In this document: piece after piece, positions 12,021 through 25,667 of the stretch | Layout of the letters: every line of letters starts with the position of its first letter | How positions within the stretch are numbered: the stretch's first letter is position 1 | Notes under the pieces: model-generated | Told to the model about the DNA's origin: nothing | The model's database searches: none | The model's input: the letters and a program-made list of their open reading frames with translations, nothing else | Position numbers and translations under genes: made by a program | Origin: Nemertoderma westbladi | Taxonomy: Eukaryota; Animalia; Xenacoelomorpha | Reading direction: 5' to 3' | Length of the DNA: 64,000 bases | NCBI GenBank assembly: GCA_032718475.1 | Contig: JAUCBJ010004912.1 | Location: 45,976 to 109,975, forward strand

Positions 12021-13257
12021 CTGTAATAATGAAACTATTAATTCTTAATAATGTCAATAAACTATCGTTTTAAACCCAAGTTAAAACTTACGTTAAGTTA
12101 AGTTAAAACTTACGTTAAGTTATATAGTTATTTAAACATTAATAATTAGTTTCGGGGATCTCAAAGATTAAAACTTAAAAGGAAATTTATCAAAATTAGT
12201 ATTGGAAACATGTATTAATCGTGATTATTACACTGGAAACTTTACGGTTAACCTTTTATCTGCCAATGTTCCCATATGAGGAACATGTACTTGTTGCTAA
12301 AAAATAAGTACTATAATATATAATATTCTTCTTAACTTGCAATATGGGACAACATAATAAATATGTTTTGTCAGATTAACTGAAAATTTACCAATGATTG
12401 ACAAAATTTTCGGAACAGTGGACCTCTCTCTACTTTCATGCAAAAATATGAATTTTGAACGGGATAATTTATTTGCATGAAATATACAAATAACATAGAG
12501 TTATTGTTGTAGAAAGTCCTCAAATGTTGAATCAAGTAATTTATTTGTTGTTTAAAACAATATATATGGATGTGCAATGATTTTATGAGATACTGTACAC
12601 ATCTTTTTACCTCATATGTTCTCTTGTTCCCATATGGGAACATTGGCCAAATGAGAGACCTAAGTAGGCCCATTGCTGCATAATGAGTACAGCACGTATT
12701 TCTAACCCTATAATTCTACAAGTAGTATCATATCCTAAAAGACACTTTAATACTACATTTTTATCGAAACTTTTTTTTCCACATCCTGGGGTTGAGTTGC
12801 GTCGATTGATATAACTTTCATTGAGGGACGAACTATTATAGCTTCGGTCCTTTGGAGGAGTTGACATGATATTCTTACATAGATACATACATATACTTTT
12901 ACAGTAAGAAGTCCTAAAGGTCTTATAACTATTTCATTTCTTATAACTACTTAATATCTACAAATAATAATGAAAAAAATAGGTGAGATTGAGTAGGATT
13001 CATACTGACTGCCCTTAGATTCTACAACCCAATATCTTTCTTTCACTTTTTCAAACGCTTGTAGCTAAAGATTAAAGCTAAAAGAGAAATTCTGGCTCAC
13101 TCACTAGTGAAACTATCCTTGTTTTAAATTTCATGCAATCTCATTAAGATTTGTACAAAATTAGGGAGGGGGGATTCGTGTATATGAATTACTACACTAT
13201 ATTCCGGGGCATGGTAATTTATTCTGATTCAGGGGCACCCGCTTATCATGCCTTAGG

Positions 13258-13667
13258 CCCCCCTCACACGGAGCAACTTGTTGCTGGACCCCCTCACACG
13301 GAGCAGCTTGTTTCTGCAACTTGTTGCTGGACCCCCTCACACGGAGCAACTTGTTTCTGAAACTTGTTGCTGGACCCCCTCACACGGAGCAACTTGTTGC
13401 TGGACCCCCTCACACGGAGCAGCTTGTTGCTGGACCCCCTCACACGGATCAACTTTTTCTGCAACTTGTTGCTGGACCCCCTCACACGGAGCAGCTTGTT
13501 GCTGGACCCCCTCACACGGAGCAACTTGTTTCTGCAACTTGTTGCTGGACCCCCTCACACGGATCAACTTGTTTCTGCAACTTGTTGCTGGACCCCCTCA
13601 CACGGAGCAACTTGTTTCTGAAACTTGTCGCTGGACCCCCCTCACACGGAGCAACTTGTTTCTGCAA
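13258..13667. repeat. Minisatellite, 30-bp unit (43 bp with a 13-bp insert)
   Basis: cttgttgctggaccccctcacacggagcaa repeated about 11 times, with optional cttgtttctgcaa. Confidence 0.95.
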
Positions 13668-13866
13668 GAGGCCTGAGGGGGCCTTAGTTTAACCTTAATA
13701 ACTCTAATCTGAATTTCGGGCAATAATTTGCTGCTTGCGCCTGTAACCGTATACCCCAGGAACCCGCTTGTGATAAAAACAAATGAATATTATGATAATT
13801 AATTATCTCTACTGTATGTTATTCGAATAATTAGTTCGAACGTTACAAATTACATCGATCGATTGT

Positions 13867-14249
13867 TCATGGAGATCCTGATTGAATCTGGGGTACCCAT
13901 CCCGACCGAGGAAACCTGCTCCACTGCCCGGTGGGTTCACTTGCTGGCATCGCCGTCTTCATATCGTCGCTTATCGGTTCCCTGTCTACGACGCTTCGAC
14001 TCCTATCTGCCCTTGAGCCCGTTGCTTCGTTACCAGATGACCTCACTGAGCCCGCCACTCCCCGTTTCATCGCTGTTTGTTTCTTCTGCTGTCGCCCCCT
14101 TTGTGTCGTCGACTTTCCCACAGGTTTCCTTCCTCCAGTTGTCGTCCTCTTTGGAGGAGCTTTTCTCTTCTTCCCTGAGTCACCTCCCCTGGTTGGATAT
14201 CTCGAACGAGCTTCTTTTCCCTCATTTTTACTTCTTTGTTTTGATTTAG
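13867..14249 (-). CDS. Putative Lys/Arg-rich exon of unknown protein
   Basis: ccctttcag| acceptor; GC-richer open frame KSKQRSKNEGKEARSRYPTRGGDSGKKRKAPPKR...*. A phase-1 donor g|gtaacg at 14034 could splice in frame to the exon at 12020. Confidence 0.35.
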
Positions 14250-14488
14250 CTGAAAGGGTATAATTGTAATTTGTACAGCATTAATGTTATTGCAATTAAA
14301 TTTTGGAATTAGCTAAGATTTGTAGGCCCATGTGCTTAACTTTGGAGATAATTCTCAACTGAAATAGCCCTGCATTTTTCACAATGAAAAACCATAGGCA
14401 TATCACTACCGTAAATGTACACCAAATCTGTATTTTTTTTTATGTATGTTTGTTTTTCAAATAGGGGGGGGGGGGGGGGGGGGGGGGG

Positions 14489-14710
14489 GGGAACTGGACG
14501 CAATCAAAATCCACCCCTCTCCAGGGGAAATTCGACGCAAATAAAAGCTGATTACTCTCAAAAATAAAACTTTAACCTGTTCTATTGTGTTTAGTTTATT
14601 GTTTTGGTTAAAATAACGTGCCACTGTAACCTGCTCCTTTCCCTAAATTGAGAATTTAACATTGAGGCTGGATATTAATTCGCCAAGATTGGATTTGCGT
14701 CCAGTTTCCC
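14489..14710. mobile_element. MITE with short TIRs and the shared ~60-bp core module
   Basis: gggaactggacgcaa ... ttgcgtccagtttccc. Related copies at 24250-24470 and (inverted) 56380-56620. Confidence 0.75.
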
Positions 14711-16329
14711 TCCCACCCCCCCCCCCCCCCCCCCCCTGTCTCACGTTTTTAATTGTTTATTACCGTCTAATTATTAATTGTTTCTTTATCATAGTGGTCG
14801 ATAATGTTTTTTATGGAATCTATAGTTTTTTTTATGGTGGCTAGTGTTTTTTTAGTAGCAAGTGTTTTATGATAATTTTGCAAATAAAAATTAAAAAATA
14901 ACTATATAGAATATGGTACTTTTATTATCTCTAAACCAACTAAAATAGTAATTATTGTACTAGCTAGAAATATAAGGGTGTCCTCGCGTTACGGTTAATT
15001 TTTTGGCAGATTAGCCGTAACCCGACTTTCAAAGTCGCGGTACGTCTAATCTATTGTCTTGGTTCCATAAAAATATTTAATAGCTACCAAAATATTGTGG
15101 GAAGGTCCAACTGTTCTAGAACAATAATTAAAACAAAAAATGCACATTAAAAAATCCAGATTTGGCGTAGGCCCTTCATGTACGGTAATGATAGGCCGAC
15201 CATTACATGTCCCTAAATTTCTATCCGGTTCGAAAGAATTAATATGATTGAAAAAAAAGACAATAATTTGGCGAAAAATTTAAAAAACATTTATATTTAG
15301 ATGCATTAAATATTCTAGAACATACGATTGATCGGTATTACACTAAATGTTCTAGAACAAATATTTTTGAATATTATACAATATTATGCTAATTGTAAAT
15401 ATAATATTAATTATACAAATCCGAATATATATAATAAAATAATAGATGGCAACATAATAAATAGTGAGCCTTGAAACATTATTAGAACAACCATCTCTAT
15501 ATCAAACATGCAATTTAGTCTCAATATTTCGGTTATTTTCAGTATAATATCTTATATATGCCTACTTGCCTTGTTTAGCCATGTTCACAATTCAGCCAAA
15601 TCTTGAGCTTTGTAAAAACAATATTGAATTTTCGATGTGAGTAATTAATAATGAAAATAAAACCTCTCAATATTCTAGAATTAACTTACGTGATGTTGCT
15701 GTGTCAACACACATGAAACTGGACAAACTACAAGCGGCTAAATTTTGTTTTAAACATGAAAACTAAAGTATTACCAATATTTGGTCGCCAAGTCAAACTA
15801 AAGTCGTTCCAAACAATAATTATTGTTTAGAAATCTTTTGCAAAAACTCATAACGTACAAGTATTATATGATAGGTTAATGATTAACTACTAAATTGTTT
15901 TTATTTTACCATTCGTATTGTAAATTGTTAATGTGTATATTTATCCTTGAAGGAGACAAAACGCGAAAATATGTAATTATGTTGGTACGATAGACTGCGT
16001 TGTATCCGAGAGCTTTATCAGTAACACGGCCTCTGTGTTGGTATCGCGTTATATCTATGCGCAGTGAAGCTGCAGTGCCAAATTCATTGTAGGTGGGTGG
16101 TGGTACAGAGACTTTAGTCTTTATCTAGTACCTATACCACCACCTACCCAATTGTATTGGCCAAATTTAATGATAACTCGGTGAGACATTATCGAGCATA
16201 GAGTTTACTACAATTACGTTCAATCAATATTGCCATAACAACAGTCTTCTTCTTTATTCTTTCAGCATGTTTATTTTCAGCTGCATTACTTATATCTATC
16301 AACATATATATTACGTAGGCCTATGTTAT

Positions 16330-16520
16330 GCCAGTTTATACGCATCTTTAAGACCCACGACCAGTGTTCTATAAGAGGCGTCTCAAGAAAGTCATGGTCT
16401 GTTCACCATGCTTATTTTCTTCATGGGTCTGAACAAGCACAAGATTATGCATTGGCTGGTCCTCATGGCGAAAACAATGTCCTGCAGAGTGGATTCCGCT
16501 ATTTTCAAGTATAGAATATG
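16330..16520 (-). mobile_element. RTE-type LINE 3' fragment
   Basis: Similar to 21460-21600 (gcgtctcaagaaagtcatgg...caagattatgca...caatgtcctgca). Confidence 0.75.
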
Positions 16521-17449
16521 GTGGGAGATGTCTAACTTTTGTAACAGGGCGGAGTGTATCTTTTTATCAGGGCTGTGTCTAAGATCTGATCCAGACAAGG
16601 TCTAACTTTTGTAGGGTCATTAGAATCTGCTTGTACACAACTGGACAAAGATATAAATCGCTGTAAAAGTATAAATCGCTGCACAAGTTAGACAGGATTT
16701 GAACGGCGACTTGAATTTCCATGGTGCGTAAAGATGGGGATATAGTGATGAAATAGAAGAGGTTGAGGACATTTTGCCGAATGTTGATAACTTTAGATTG
16801 ATCTACTGTAATAAGAAGTGAAACAAGGAAAAGCTAAGTTATGATGGTCTGAGTACGTCGTGATGGAGCAGCCTGGTGTGCCAGCGTGTCCGCTCTGTGC
16901 AGCTATGCCAAATACCTGTAAGGAGCCTGGTGGTAAGAGTCTATTCAGTTTGTAGTCTCTGAGCCACCAGACACCGTAGCAGTGATTGGCTAATAATAAG
17001 TCTGTTCATGGTTATCGTAATTTCATTTCTCTCAAGTCATCCTTTTCAAGTTGGACACTTCATAGCCGATCGTCCACGGGAATGCCTATATCTTGTGTTG
17101 GATGCCAAAAAAAGATCGGTATAATATAATAATATAAAACATATTAATAGTAATGTAATAATAACAATTAAGAATCCTAGTCATAAAATTTTCGTAATCT
17201 GTTTTAAATAAGACTTGAATAACTAAATGCATGATATACTGTATATTATAATAGGTTAATTATTGATACAGGTGCAAATAGAGCAGGCACTCGAACAATA
17301 GCAGCACCGATATTACTGTATGTTCTGTATGTTTGTAATAGCAGCTGTGCCGAATACAGGTATGGCGTTTGGTGGCAAGAGGACTATTCAGTATGTTGTT
17401 AGTACCCGTTCCACCAGACGTCGTACCGTTGATTGGCTAAATGAGGAGA

Positions 17450-18520
17450 GTGGCGATAGTGGTGGGGGCAGTGGTTGGTGTGGGAGACGATAGTGGTGGG
17501 GGCAGTGGTTGGTGTGGGAGACGATAGTGCGGGGCAGTGGTTGGGGATGGTGGCGATAGTGCTGGGGGCAGTGGTTGGTGTGGGAGACGATAGTGCTGGG
17601 GGCAGTGGTTGGTGTGGGAGACGATAGTGCGGGGGCAGTGGTTGGGGATGGTGGCGATAGTGCTGGGGGCAGTGGTTGGTGTGGGAGACGATAGTGCGGG
17701 GGCAGTGGTTGGGGATGGTGGCGATAGTGCTGGGGGCAGTGGTTGGTGTGAGAGACGATAGTGCGGGGGCAGTGGTTGGGGATGGTGGCGATAGTGCTGG
17801 GGGCAGTGGTTGGTGTGGGAGACGATAGTGCGGGGGCAGTGGTTGGGGATGGTGGCGATAGTGCTGGGGGCAGTGGTTGGTGTGGGAGACGATAGTGCGG
17901 GGGCAGTGGTTGGGGATGGTGGCGATAGTGCTGGGGGCAGTGGTTGGTGTGGGAGACGATAGTGCGGGGGCAGTGGTTGGTGTGGGAGACGATAGTGCGG
18001 GGGCAGTGGTTGGGGATGGTGGCGATAGTGCGGGGGCAGTGGTTGGTGTGGGAGACGATAGTGCGGGGGCATTGGTTGGGGATGGTGGCGATAGTGCTGG
18101 GGGCAGTGGTTGGGGAGGGTGGCGATAGTGGTGGGGGCAGTGGTTGGTGTGGGAGACGATAGTGCGGGGGCAGTGGTTGGGGAGGGTGGCGATAGTGCGG
18201 GGGGCAGTGGTTGGGGATGGTGGCGATAGTGCTGGGGGCAGTCGTTGGGGAGGGTGGCGATAGTGCGGGGCAGTGTTTGGTGAGAGAGGCGATAGGGCGG
18301 GGGCAGTGGTTGGTGTGGGAGACGATAGTGCGGGGGCAGTGGTTGGGGATGGTGGCGATAGTGCTGGGGGCAGTGGTTGGTGTGGGAGACGATAGTGCGG
18401 GGGCAGTGGTTGGTGTGGGAGACGATAGTGCGGGGGCAGTGGTTGGGGATGGTGGCGATAGTGCTGGGGGCAGTGGTTGGGGAGGGTGGCGATAGTGGTG
18501 GGGGCAGTGGTTGGTGTGTG
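17450..18520. repeat. G-rich minisatellite, 33/34-bp units (left block)
   Basis: cgatagtgc(t)gggggcagtggttgg(tgtgggaga/ggatggtgg), about 32 units. Confidence 0.95.
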
Positions 18521-20389
18521 TGGTGCATGGGCCGAAATGAGTTCTAGTCGAGTGAGGCCCCCATGCAACCAAGAAGAAAAGAAGATAGACAGATTGACAG
18601 ATAAGGTATATCAGTATTGCAGTATGATATTCAAACGGTTACAGCATTAGGTAGAACAGCAGTTCTCACATACCGGTAGGTAGGACTGTACTGCAGTTAG
18701 TTTAGGACCACACGACATATCTACAGTATTATTATGTGAGTTCCCCACACTACTCCCCCCCAGTGTGGTACTTGTATGAAACCTGTACACTCTTGAGTCT
18801 TTACATTTAGATGCCCAAGCGTGATGGAAGTCGGGAAAACCTGCCTGACCTTGTGATAGTTGGTTGAGGAGCTGAGACAGGAGTCGGCCGAGATGGTGTT
18901 TGAGCTGGGATGAACGGGGGTGCTTCTGGACGGAGATGGTTCCGTGGCCGGGTTGGTGTATCATCTTTGTTGTCGTTGGACCCATCGAGCCTGGCTGGCT
19001 TTACTGCTTTAGACGGTCGATCGAGATACACTCAACTTTATCATTTGGAAACAGAAGCCGATAGTATTTGGGAGTACGCTCCACAACAAAATATGGGCCT
19101 CTGTATGGTGGCTGGAGACCACGGCGATTCTTGTCCGGTTGCCGAACCCAGACGAAGTTACACTTGTGAAGCTCAGGAGGAATGTAGGGAGCACCACCGG
19201 TATTGTGGAGTACAGGAGGCAGGCGCAAGTCAGCCATGGCATTCTGTAGGCGAGGAAGGAAAATACTTTGCCGAGAGTTTCGGTCTTGGATAAGTCCAGG
19301 AGGTGGTGATTCATGGAACTGACCAGGAACCGAGATTGGGGCACCAAACACCAGTTCGCATGGAGCAGCGCCGATGTCCTCTTTGATGGTGGTACGGTAG
19401 CCCAGCAGGACTGTGTCTAGCTCGTCCGCCCAGTTGTCGGAACCCTCCAGCCGGGCTCGCAGGCCATCCTTGAGCTGCCGATGCAGCCTCTCGACCATCC
19501 CATTGGCCTGTGGATGGAAGGCAGTGGTAGTCGTGTGCTGGGTCCCCAAGATCCTGTTCAAAGCCGCCCAGATCTCCGCAGTGAACTGGCTGCCCCGATC
19601 TGAGGTGATCCTCTGAGGGACTCCAAACCGTGCAATCCATGCGCTGAACAATGCTCTGGCACAGTCATCTGAGGTCGGCGGTCCAGCCATTGGAATCACC
19701 TCACACCATCTGGTAAAGCGGTCAATAATGGTGAACAGGTGGTCAAAACCACGAGACACAGGGAGAGGGCCAACTATGTCGACATGGATGTGCGCAAAGC
19801 GCTCCAGGGGTGGGTCGAGGTGTTGGAGTGGAGCCCTGGGGTGTTTGGAGATTTTGGCACACTGGCATGCGTGGCACGTCTGTGCCCACTGAATACAGTT
19901 CTTTATCATGGAAGGCCAGACGTATTTAGAGGCCACCATCTGGGCGGATGCCCGGGCTCCAGGATGCAGTGGTGCGTGCAATGCCTGGAAGATTCGTCGA
20001 CGCCAGGATGCTGGAACGAATGGCCGCGGTTGACTGGTCCGTCTGATGTCGCACCAGAGGCTGACGCCATTGTCGGCACTTCGTATCTGTCGCAAGACGA
20101 GGCCGGTGGCCAAGTCTCCAGCCTGAAGGAGTCGGGTTAGGTCTGGATCAGTCTTCTGAGCTTTTGCCATGTCGGCAAAATCTATGGTGACTGGCAGGAT
20201 GGGTGCTAAGTCGATGGCATCGTTCGTAAAAGGTGTGGATGCAGCATCGGAGGCTGACCTCGACATTGCGTCGGCAACAGCATTGTCTCTCCCTGGAAGG
20301 TGCACCAGGTCAGTAGTAAACTCGGAGATGTAACATAAATGGCGGATCTGGCGTGGTTTCCTATCTGCCGATGATGTGATGGCGCCGAT
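18521..20389 (-). mobile_element. 5'-truncated Gypsy element: RNase H tail, integrase, PPT and 3' LTR
   Basis: RQIRHLCYISEF...NAVADAMSR; H..H..C..C; HVDIVGPLP; ITSDRGSQF; HPQANGMVER; GPY motif. PPT gggggggagtag then LTR 18749-18521 (TGTGG...CACCA). Confidence 0.9.
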
Positions 20390-20869
20390 TGGTGAGGGAG
20401 GCAATAGTGCGGGGGCAGTGGTTGGTGAGTGAGGCGATAGTGCGGGGGCAGTGGTAGGTGAGGGAGGCGATAGTGAAGGGGCTGTGGTTAGGGACGGTGG
20501 TGGCGATAGTGCGGGGGCAGTGGTTGGTGAGGGTGGTGGCGATAGTGCGGAGGGCAGTGGTTGGTGAGGGAGCGATAGTGCGGGGGGGCAGTGTTTGGTG
20601 AGGGTGGCGATAGTGCGGGGGCAGTGGTTGGGGAGGGAGGCTATAGTGCGGGGGGCAGTGGTTGGTGAGGGAGGCGATAGTGCGGGGGCAGTGGTTGGTG
20701 AGGGAGGAGATAGTGCAGGGGCAGTGGTTAGGGAGGGTGGTGGCGATAGTGCGGGGGCAGTGGTTGGTGAAGGAGGCGATAGTGCAAGGGCAGTGGTTGG
20801 TGAGGGAGGCAATAGTGCGGGGTCAGTGGTTGGTGAGGGAGGCGATAGTGCGGGGGCAGTGGTTGGTGA
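20390..20869. repeat. Right block of the same minisatellite (33/36-bp variants)
   Basis: gcgatagtgcgggggcagtggttggtgagggag units. Confidence 0.95.
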
Positions 20870-20874
20870 TCTAC

Positions 20875-21295
20875 TCTAATGGCAATTGGTCCTTATGCTC
20901 CTTGCTACAGTCTTAATTTCAGCAAAGAAGATGTGGATATATGTGAGCACAGACTCAGATACACAATGTATCTCAAAGTTATCAGGCAATACACTGTCAT
21001 TGTTTAGAAGCTTCTCATAGTGGGCCTTCCAACCATAGCATTGAGGAGTTCAGCTGGAGATTCAGTCTTAACCTTGGTGGTTGGTTGGCTTTTTCTCCCA
21101 GTGAGCAGGTTTATTGAATGCCATGTCTGGGCTGATTGCCTGCTTATCTTCAGCATTGTTCATGGCATCAACCTAACTATTGATAAGCTCCTTTAGATTA
21201 TCATATTACTACCAAGGACCTAGATGCAGCATTAACTGCATCCTTGTCTGTCCTAGTGTACTCGAGTCGATGGGTCTCATTCTGCGCCAGCTGTA
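20875..21295 (-). mobile_element. Older RTE-type LINE fragment
   Basis: Diverged copy of 22840-23270. Confidence 0.75.
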
Positions 21296-21319
21296 CTGTG
21301 AAGCTGGGTCTCACAACTG

Positions 21320-24120
21320 GGCTGTTGCACTACTACTAGGATCGGCATGCTGCATTGCAGCTGCATTTTTAAGAATGATGTGCCGGCTTATCGACAAAAT
21401 TGCACCGCCACAACTCCCTATCACCCATGACATTTGCTAGATCATCCGCATCTTCAAGGCCAGTGTCCTTTAAGATGCGTCTCAAGAAAGTCATGGGCTG
21501 TCCACCATGCTTATTCACTCCATGAGGCTGCCAAAGTACAAGATTATGCACTGGTTGGTCCTCACGGCGAAAGCAATGTCCTGCAAAGCGGAGGCGATTT
21601 TGTTCTAGTGTCAAGCTTGGGGGAACCAATGAGACACCTCCAATGTTATATAGTGTCTGGTTGGAGATGTGTGCATTGTACTTGACACAATGAACCCGGC
21701 GTAGCATTCTTGTGAATGTGCCATCCAGAGATTTGGTGTCCTCAGCAGTTAGAGCCCAGTGGAACTACTGGTGCTCTAAATAATCGGACCTTAAGTTTCC
21801 GATTAATTCTCGGTGACTTCCAAATCCTGGAAAGCCTATTCAAGGCTGCCCATGCCTTTCCCTTACGTATTCGAAGGTCCTCCCTCACCTGACTTCCGGA
21901 TCCATGATCCCAGGTAACAGAAGTCGTCCACATGCTCAAGCATACCATCTTTTGAGCTTATGCTCATCCGATCAGAGACTTGCTGAGGACTTTCAAAGTT
22001 AACTGTCAAGATTTTGGTCTTTCTGGAGTTAATAAAAAGACCAACACTAGAAGCAGCATGTTCTAATGAGCTGAGGAGCCGTTGGGCTCCCTCTAGTGAT
22101 TCTGAGAGTACTCCTAAGTCATCAGCAAAGTCTAGATCAGTTAGGTACTTGGCAGGATTTCCTCGACTTCTGGAGCCAGTAGGTGGAGTTATCATCACCC
22201 CATCATCATTATGATGATCTAAGGTCATGCGTAGAACATAGTCAACCACAATTATGAACAAGAATGGTGCAAGTGTGTCTCCCTGGAGGACGCCCCATAA
22301 CACTTCAAATGGTTCTGTGTCACCGTCAACAGTAGACACAAATGTTGTCGAACCATCGTATACTGATCTGATTGCTGCAATAATTTCATCAGGAATCCCA
22401 TATAATGAAAGTATGCTGAACATACGTGAGCGAGAGACTGAATCAAAGGCCTTGAAGAAGTCAACAAAGATAACAGCCAGATGCCTGTCTTTTTTTTTGA
22501 TAACTCTTCAATTATCCTTCTAAGTGCCAAAATGGGCTCCATGGTCCCACGACCTTTACGGAACCCATTCTGATTTCCACGGAGCAGTCTCTCAATGGGA
22601 TCCCTGATGCGGTTTAATAGAATTCTATTGTATAGCTTTGCAGCAATTGAGATCAATGAGATTCCCCGAAAAGAACCATAGAGTGTTAGGTTGCCCTTCT
22701 TGGGAACTGGCACCAACTTATTTGTTTTCATTTCTTGTGGGACTCTTGTTGTACGGTACATGTCTACTATGATAGGATAGATGAGCTTTAAACACTCAGG
22801 TATTTTAAAGACCTCAGGGGGAACACCATCTACTCCACTGGCACGATTGGTCTTAATGCTCTTTGCAGCAGCCTTCACTTCTGCAAAGGAGATATCGCCA
22901 ATGGGAATATCTGGGAGTACAGACTCAGATACGTTTACTTCTATAAAGTTATCAGGCAATACCCTGTCATTATTGAGGAGCTTTTCAAAGTGGGCCTTCC
23001 AACCATTGAGGCGATCGGCTGGTGATTCAGCCTTAACCTTGGTGGTTGGTTGGCTTTTCCGCCCAGTAAGCAAGTTGATCGATTTCCATGCCTGGGATGA
23101 TTGCCTGCTGTCGCCAGCATCATTGATGGCATCAACCTGTTGGTTTATTAGCTCCTGTAGATTAACAGAGTACTGCCTGTTCATGTTCAGTGACCTAGAT
23201 GTAGCCTTAACTGCATTCTTGGCCGCTCTAGTCTGTTTGAGTCGGGACTCTTTCTGCGCCTTATATAGGTCATTTCGGCACTTCTGGATTTTGTTGTCAG
23301 TCCAGGGGGCCCTTTTCCTGTTTCGAGGGTATACAGGAACTGTTTCTGCAGCTCCTAACTTAACTGCTTCTGTGAAGGCAGTATAGCCCTCGCAGTGATC
23401 TGCCGCCTCAGAGGCAAGAACCTCACACCTGTTCAGCTGTAGAGTGAAGCTGGATCTCACACTTGGCTGTTGCAACAGAGAGGACCAGTCATGCCGCGGC
23501 AAGGCAGATTTTGTTGTTCTGCTAGCACGAGACTAAGTCTTACCTTGGCCACAATAAGGCGGTGATCACTGGAGAAGGGTCGAAGTGTAAATGCATTACA
23601 GTCTTGTATAGAGCTCCTGTACTTCCTACGAAACAGAATATGGTCTATCTGGGACTTGTGACCACTGGGTCCACTATGAGTCCATAGCTTTCCAGTTCGC
23701 TTCTTGAACTGGGTTCCAGCCGAAAACAATCCATTTCCAGAAATGGCCAAATCCATTTCCATTGGGCTGTTGCAACAAAGTCGTGGCAAGGTAGATTTCG
23801 TAATTCTACTTGCGCTGAGGCTAAGTCTTACCTTGGTCACAATAAGGCGGTGATCACTGGAGAAAGGTCGAAGTGTAAATGCATTACAGTCTTGTACAGA
23901 ATAGAGCTCATGTATTTCCTACGAAACAGAATATGATCTATCTGGGACTTGTGACCACTTGAGATGCTATGAGATGTAGATAAGTGATGTAGACTTGCAT
24001 TCAAGTTACCTAGGAAAATTAAGAATGCATGCTGATCGATTTCATCAGTAGCTGCTTCCTGCTTGTAGATTGTTTTCCTTTTCAGAGTAGGCAGACGTAC
24101 ATTCGTCACCATCCATTTCC
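21320..24120 (-). mobile_element. RTE-type LINE, 5'-truncated, frameshifted ORF2 (APE C-terminus plus RT)
   Basis: APE motifs LGNLNA, QIDHIL, SDHRL. RT motifs PKKGNL..FRGISL, QNGFRKGR, GVLQGDTLAPFLF, DFADD, YLGS. RLRFAGH; short (TAG)n tail. Confidence 0.93.
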
Positions 24121-25667
24121 ATCAAGTCATAATAATAATAAAAGCAAATTCAAGTGATAGTAAAATCATTCTCAAAGTGTAAGAAACATTACTATTAGGT
24201 AGGTCGATATGATATGTATGGTATGGTGCCAGATAGTGCTTTCAATGCAGACGAAAATTGATCCCTCTCCAGGGGAAAATCGACGCAAATAACAGCTGAT
24301 TACTCTCAAAACAGCTGATTACGCTCTTAAAAATGTTCTATTGAGATTCGTTTATTGTTTTGTTTAGAATAACGTGCCACTGTAAACTGCCCCTTTCTCT
24401 AAATTGATAATTTAACATTATTAAGACAAAATAATAATTCGCCGAAATAGGATTTGTGTCCCACCCCCAAGTCTCGACGGTGCATAGTCTGATGTTCCTG
24501 TCTGTTGCAAAACTAATACCTTAGCAGAATTTATTAGAGTGAGTTAACTATTAACTGTAGGTCTCGATAAAGGCTCGAGATACTTAAAAATTCACATTTC
24601 TATTAAACAATATTCCCCAAGTCACGATAGGATGTTGACTAACAGTCGAAGGTTATAGCTATGCCTCGTGTGTTACATTTAATCTCTCAAAACTCTGGTA
24701 AGTTAAACTAGGGAAAACTGCATTATAGTTATACTGTAAATTAAATTCTTATTAAATTGTAGTACTTGGTCTGTTGCTATGGTAACGTGGACTGTAAATT
24801 TCAACCGAATGTGTACAATATGACGGGAAGTATCACCATGCTACTGAGCTGTAGTGACATTTTTAAATAATTACAAATATGGGAGCAAATAGTTGAGTAA
24901 AGGTAGGCCTACACGAATTCTCAATTTAAACTTAATGTTTTGATGCTTGTGTAAATTACTCTGGTCCAAATAATGGGCCTGTGTCTGCGACATTAGAAGC
25001 TATTTGATTTTATATTGCCCTTGATGTGTTCCTAAAAAATCAAACTTACTTATACTTACTAATACTTACATAACATCTATGAAAGTTGTGTGATGGGTTT
25101 TTTAATTTTTAAAACTGTTTGTTGAATTTCACAGGAAAAGGAAAGGTGAGGCAAACAATTAATAATTTGAATTTCATAAATCTGTTGCTATGGCGGTTAC
25201 TAGGGCCGGGTTGGCGGACTTCAAGGGAATTTCGGAAATTTTCTTCTTTACCAAAGTGTTTATAATAGTTGCAGGACAACATTGATGCATTTTGATTAAC
25301 TTTCTACATACACAGATTAAGAGACGAGATTCACTAACATTCACCATTAACTTGTACCCTAAAATCGAAAAAAACCCATTTTTGAGCAAAAAATCTTGAA
25401 GCCCAAAAAAGGCATTTACAGTAGATCAAAAATTCAGAGGTGGCATCCGGCCTAGCCGGATTCGCCATGTCTTGAAGTACAAAAATCAGGTGGATGCCAA
25501 CCATTAACAAAAAATGCCATCTAAACTTAATTTTCGGGAGTTGTCAGGTAGACTATTTAGTGTCTGCAAGACGCAAGATATGTAGTTAAGCGGCTCTCTA
25601 GTTACGTAATAAATATTCGAGAACACTAAATTATTTAACATTGAGGAAGGCAGCATCGGGAGTTGAA

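Noticed and set aside
12607-12888. ORF as the upstream exon of the membrane protein
   Set aside because: Only a weak donor is present, and using it would create an in-frame stop at the junction.
13258-13667. CRISPR-like look of the 30-bp repeats (also the 21-bp and 53-bp arrays)
   Set aside because: Units are head-to-tail with no unique spacers, there are no cas genes, and the context is eukaryotic.
15110-15680. Repeated ttctagaa as heat-shock elements
   Set aside because: Only two-unit motifs inside AT-rich repeats, with no linked promoter.
16720-16950. Coding-like stretch with CPLCAAMP
   Set aside because: Stops interrupt it, there are no clear splice sites, and it is too short to assign.
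17388-18572. Three 360-390-aa mucin-like ORFs
   Set aside because: All three frames are open because the repeat lacks stops. Alternating 33/34-bp units shift frame constantly, so this is a non-coding minisatellite.
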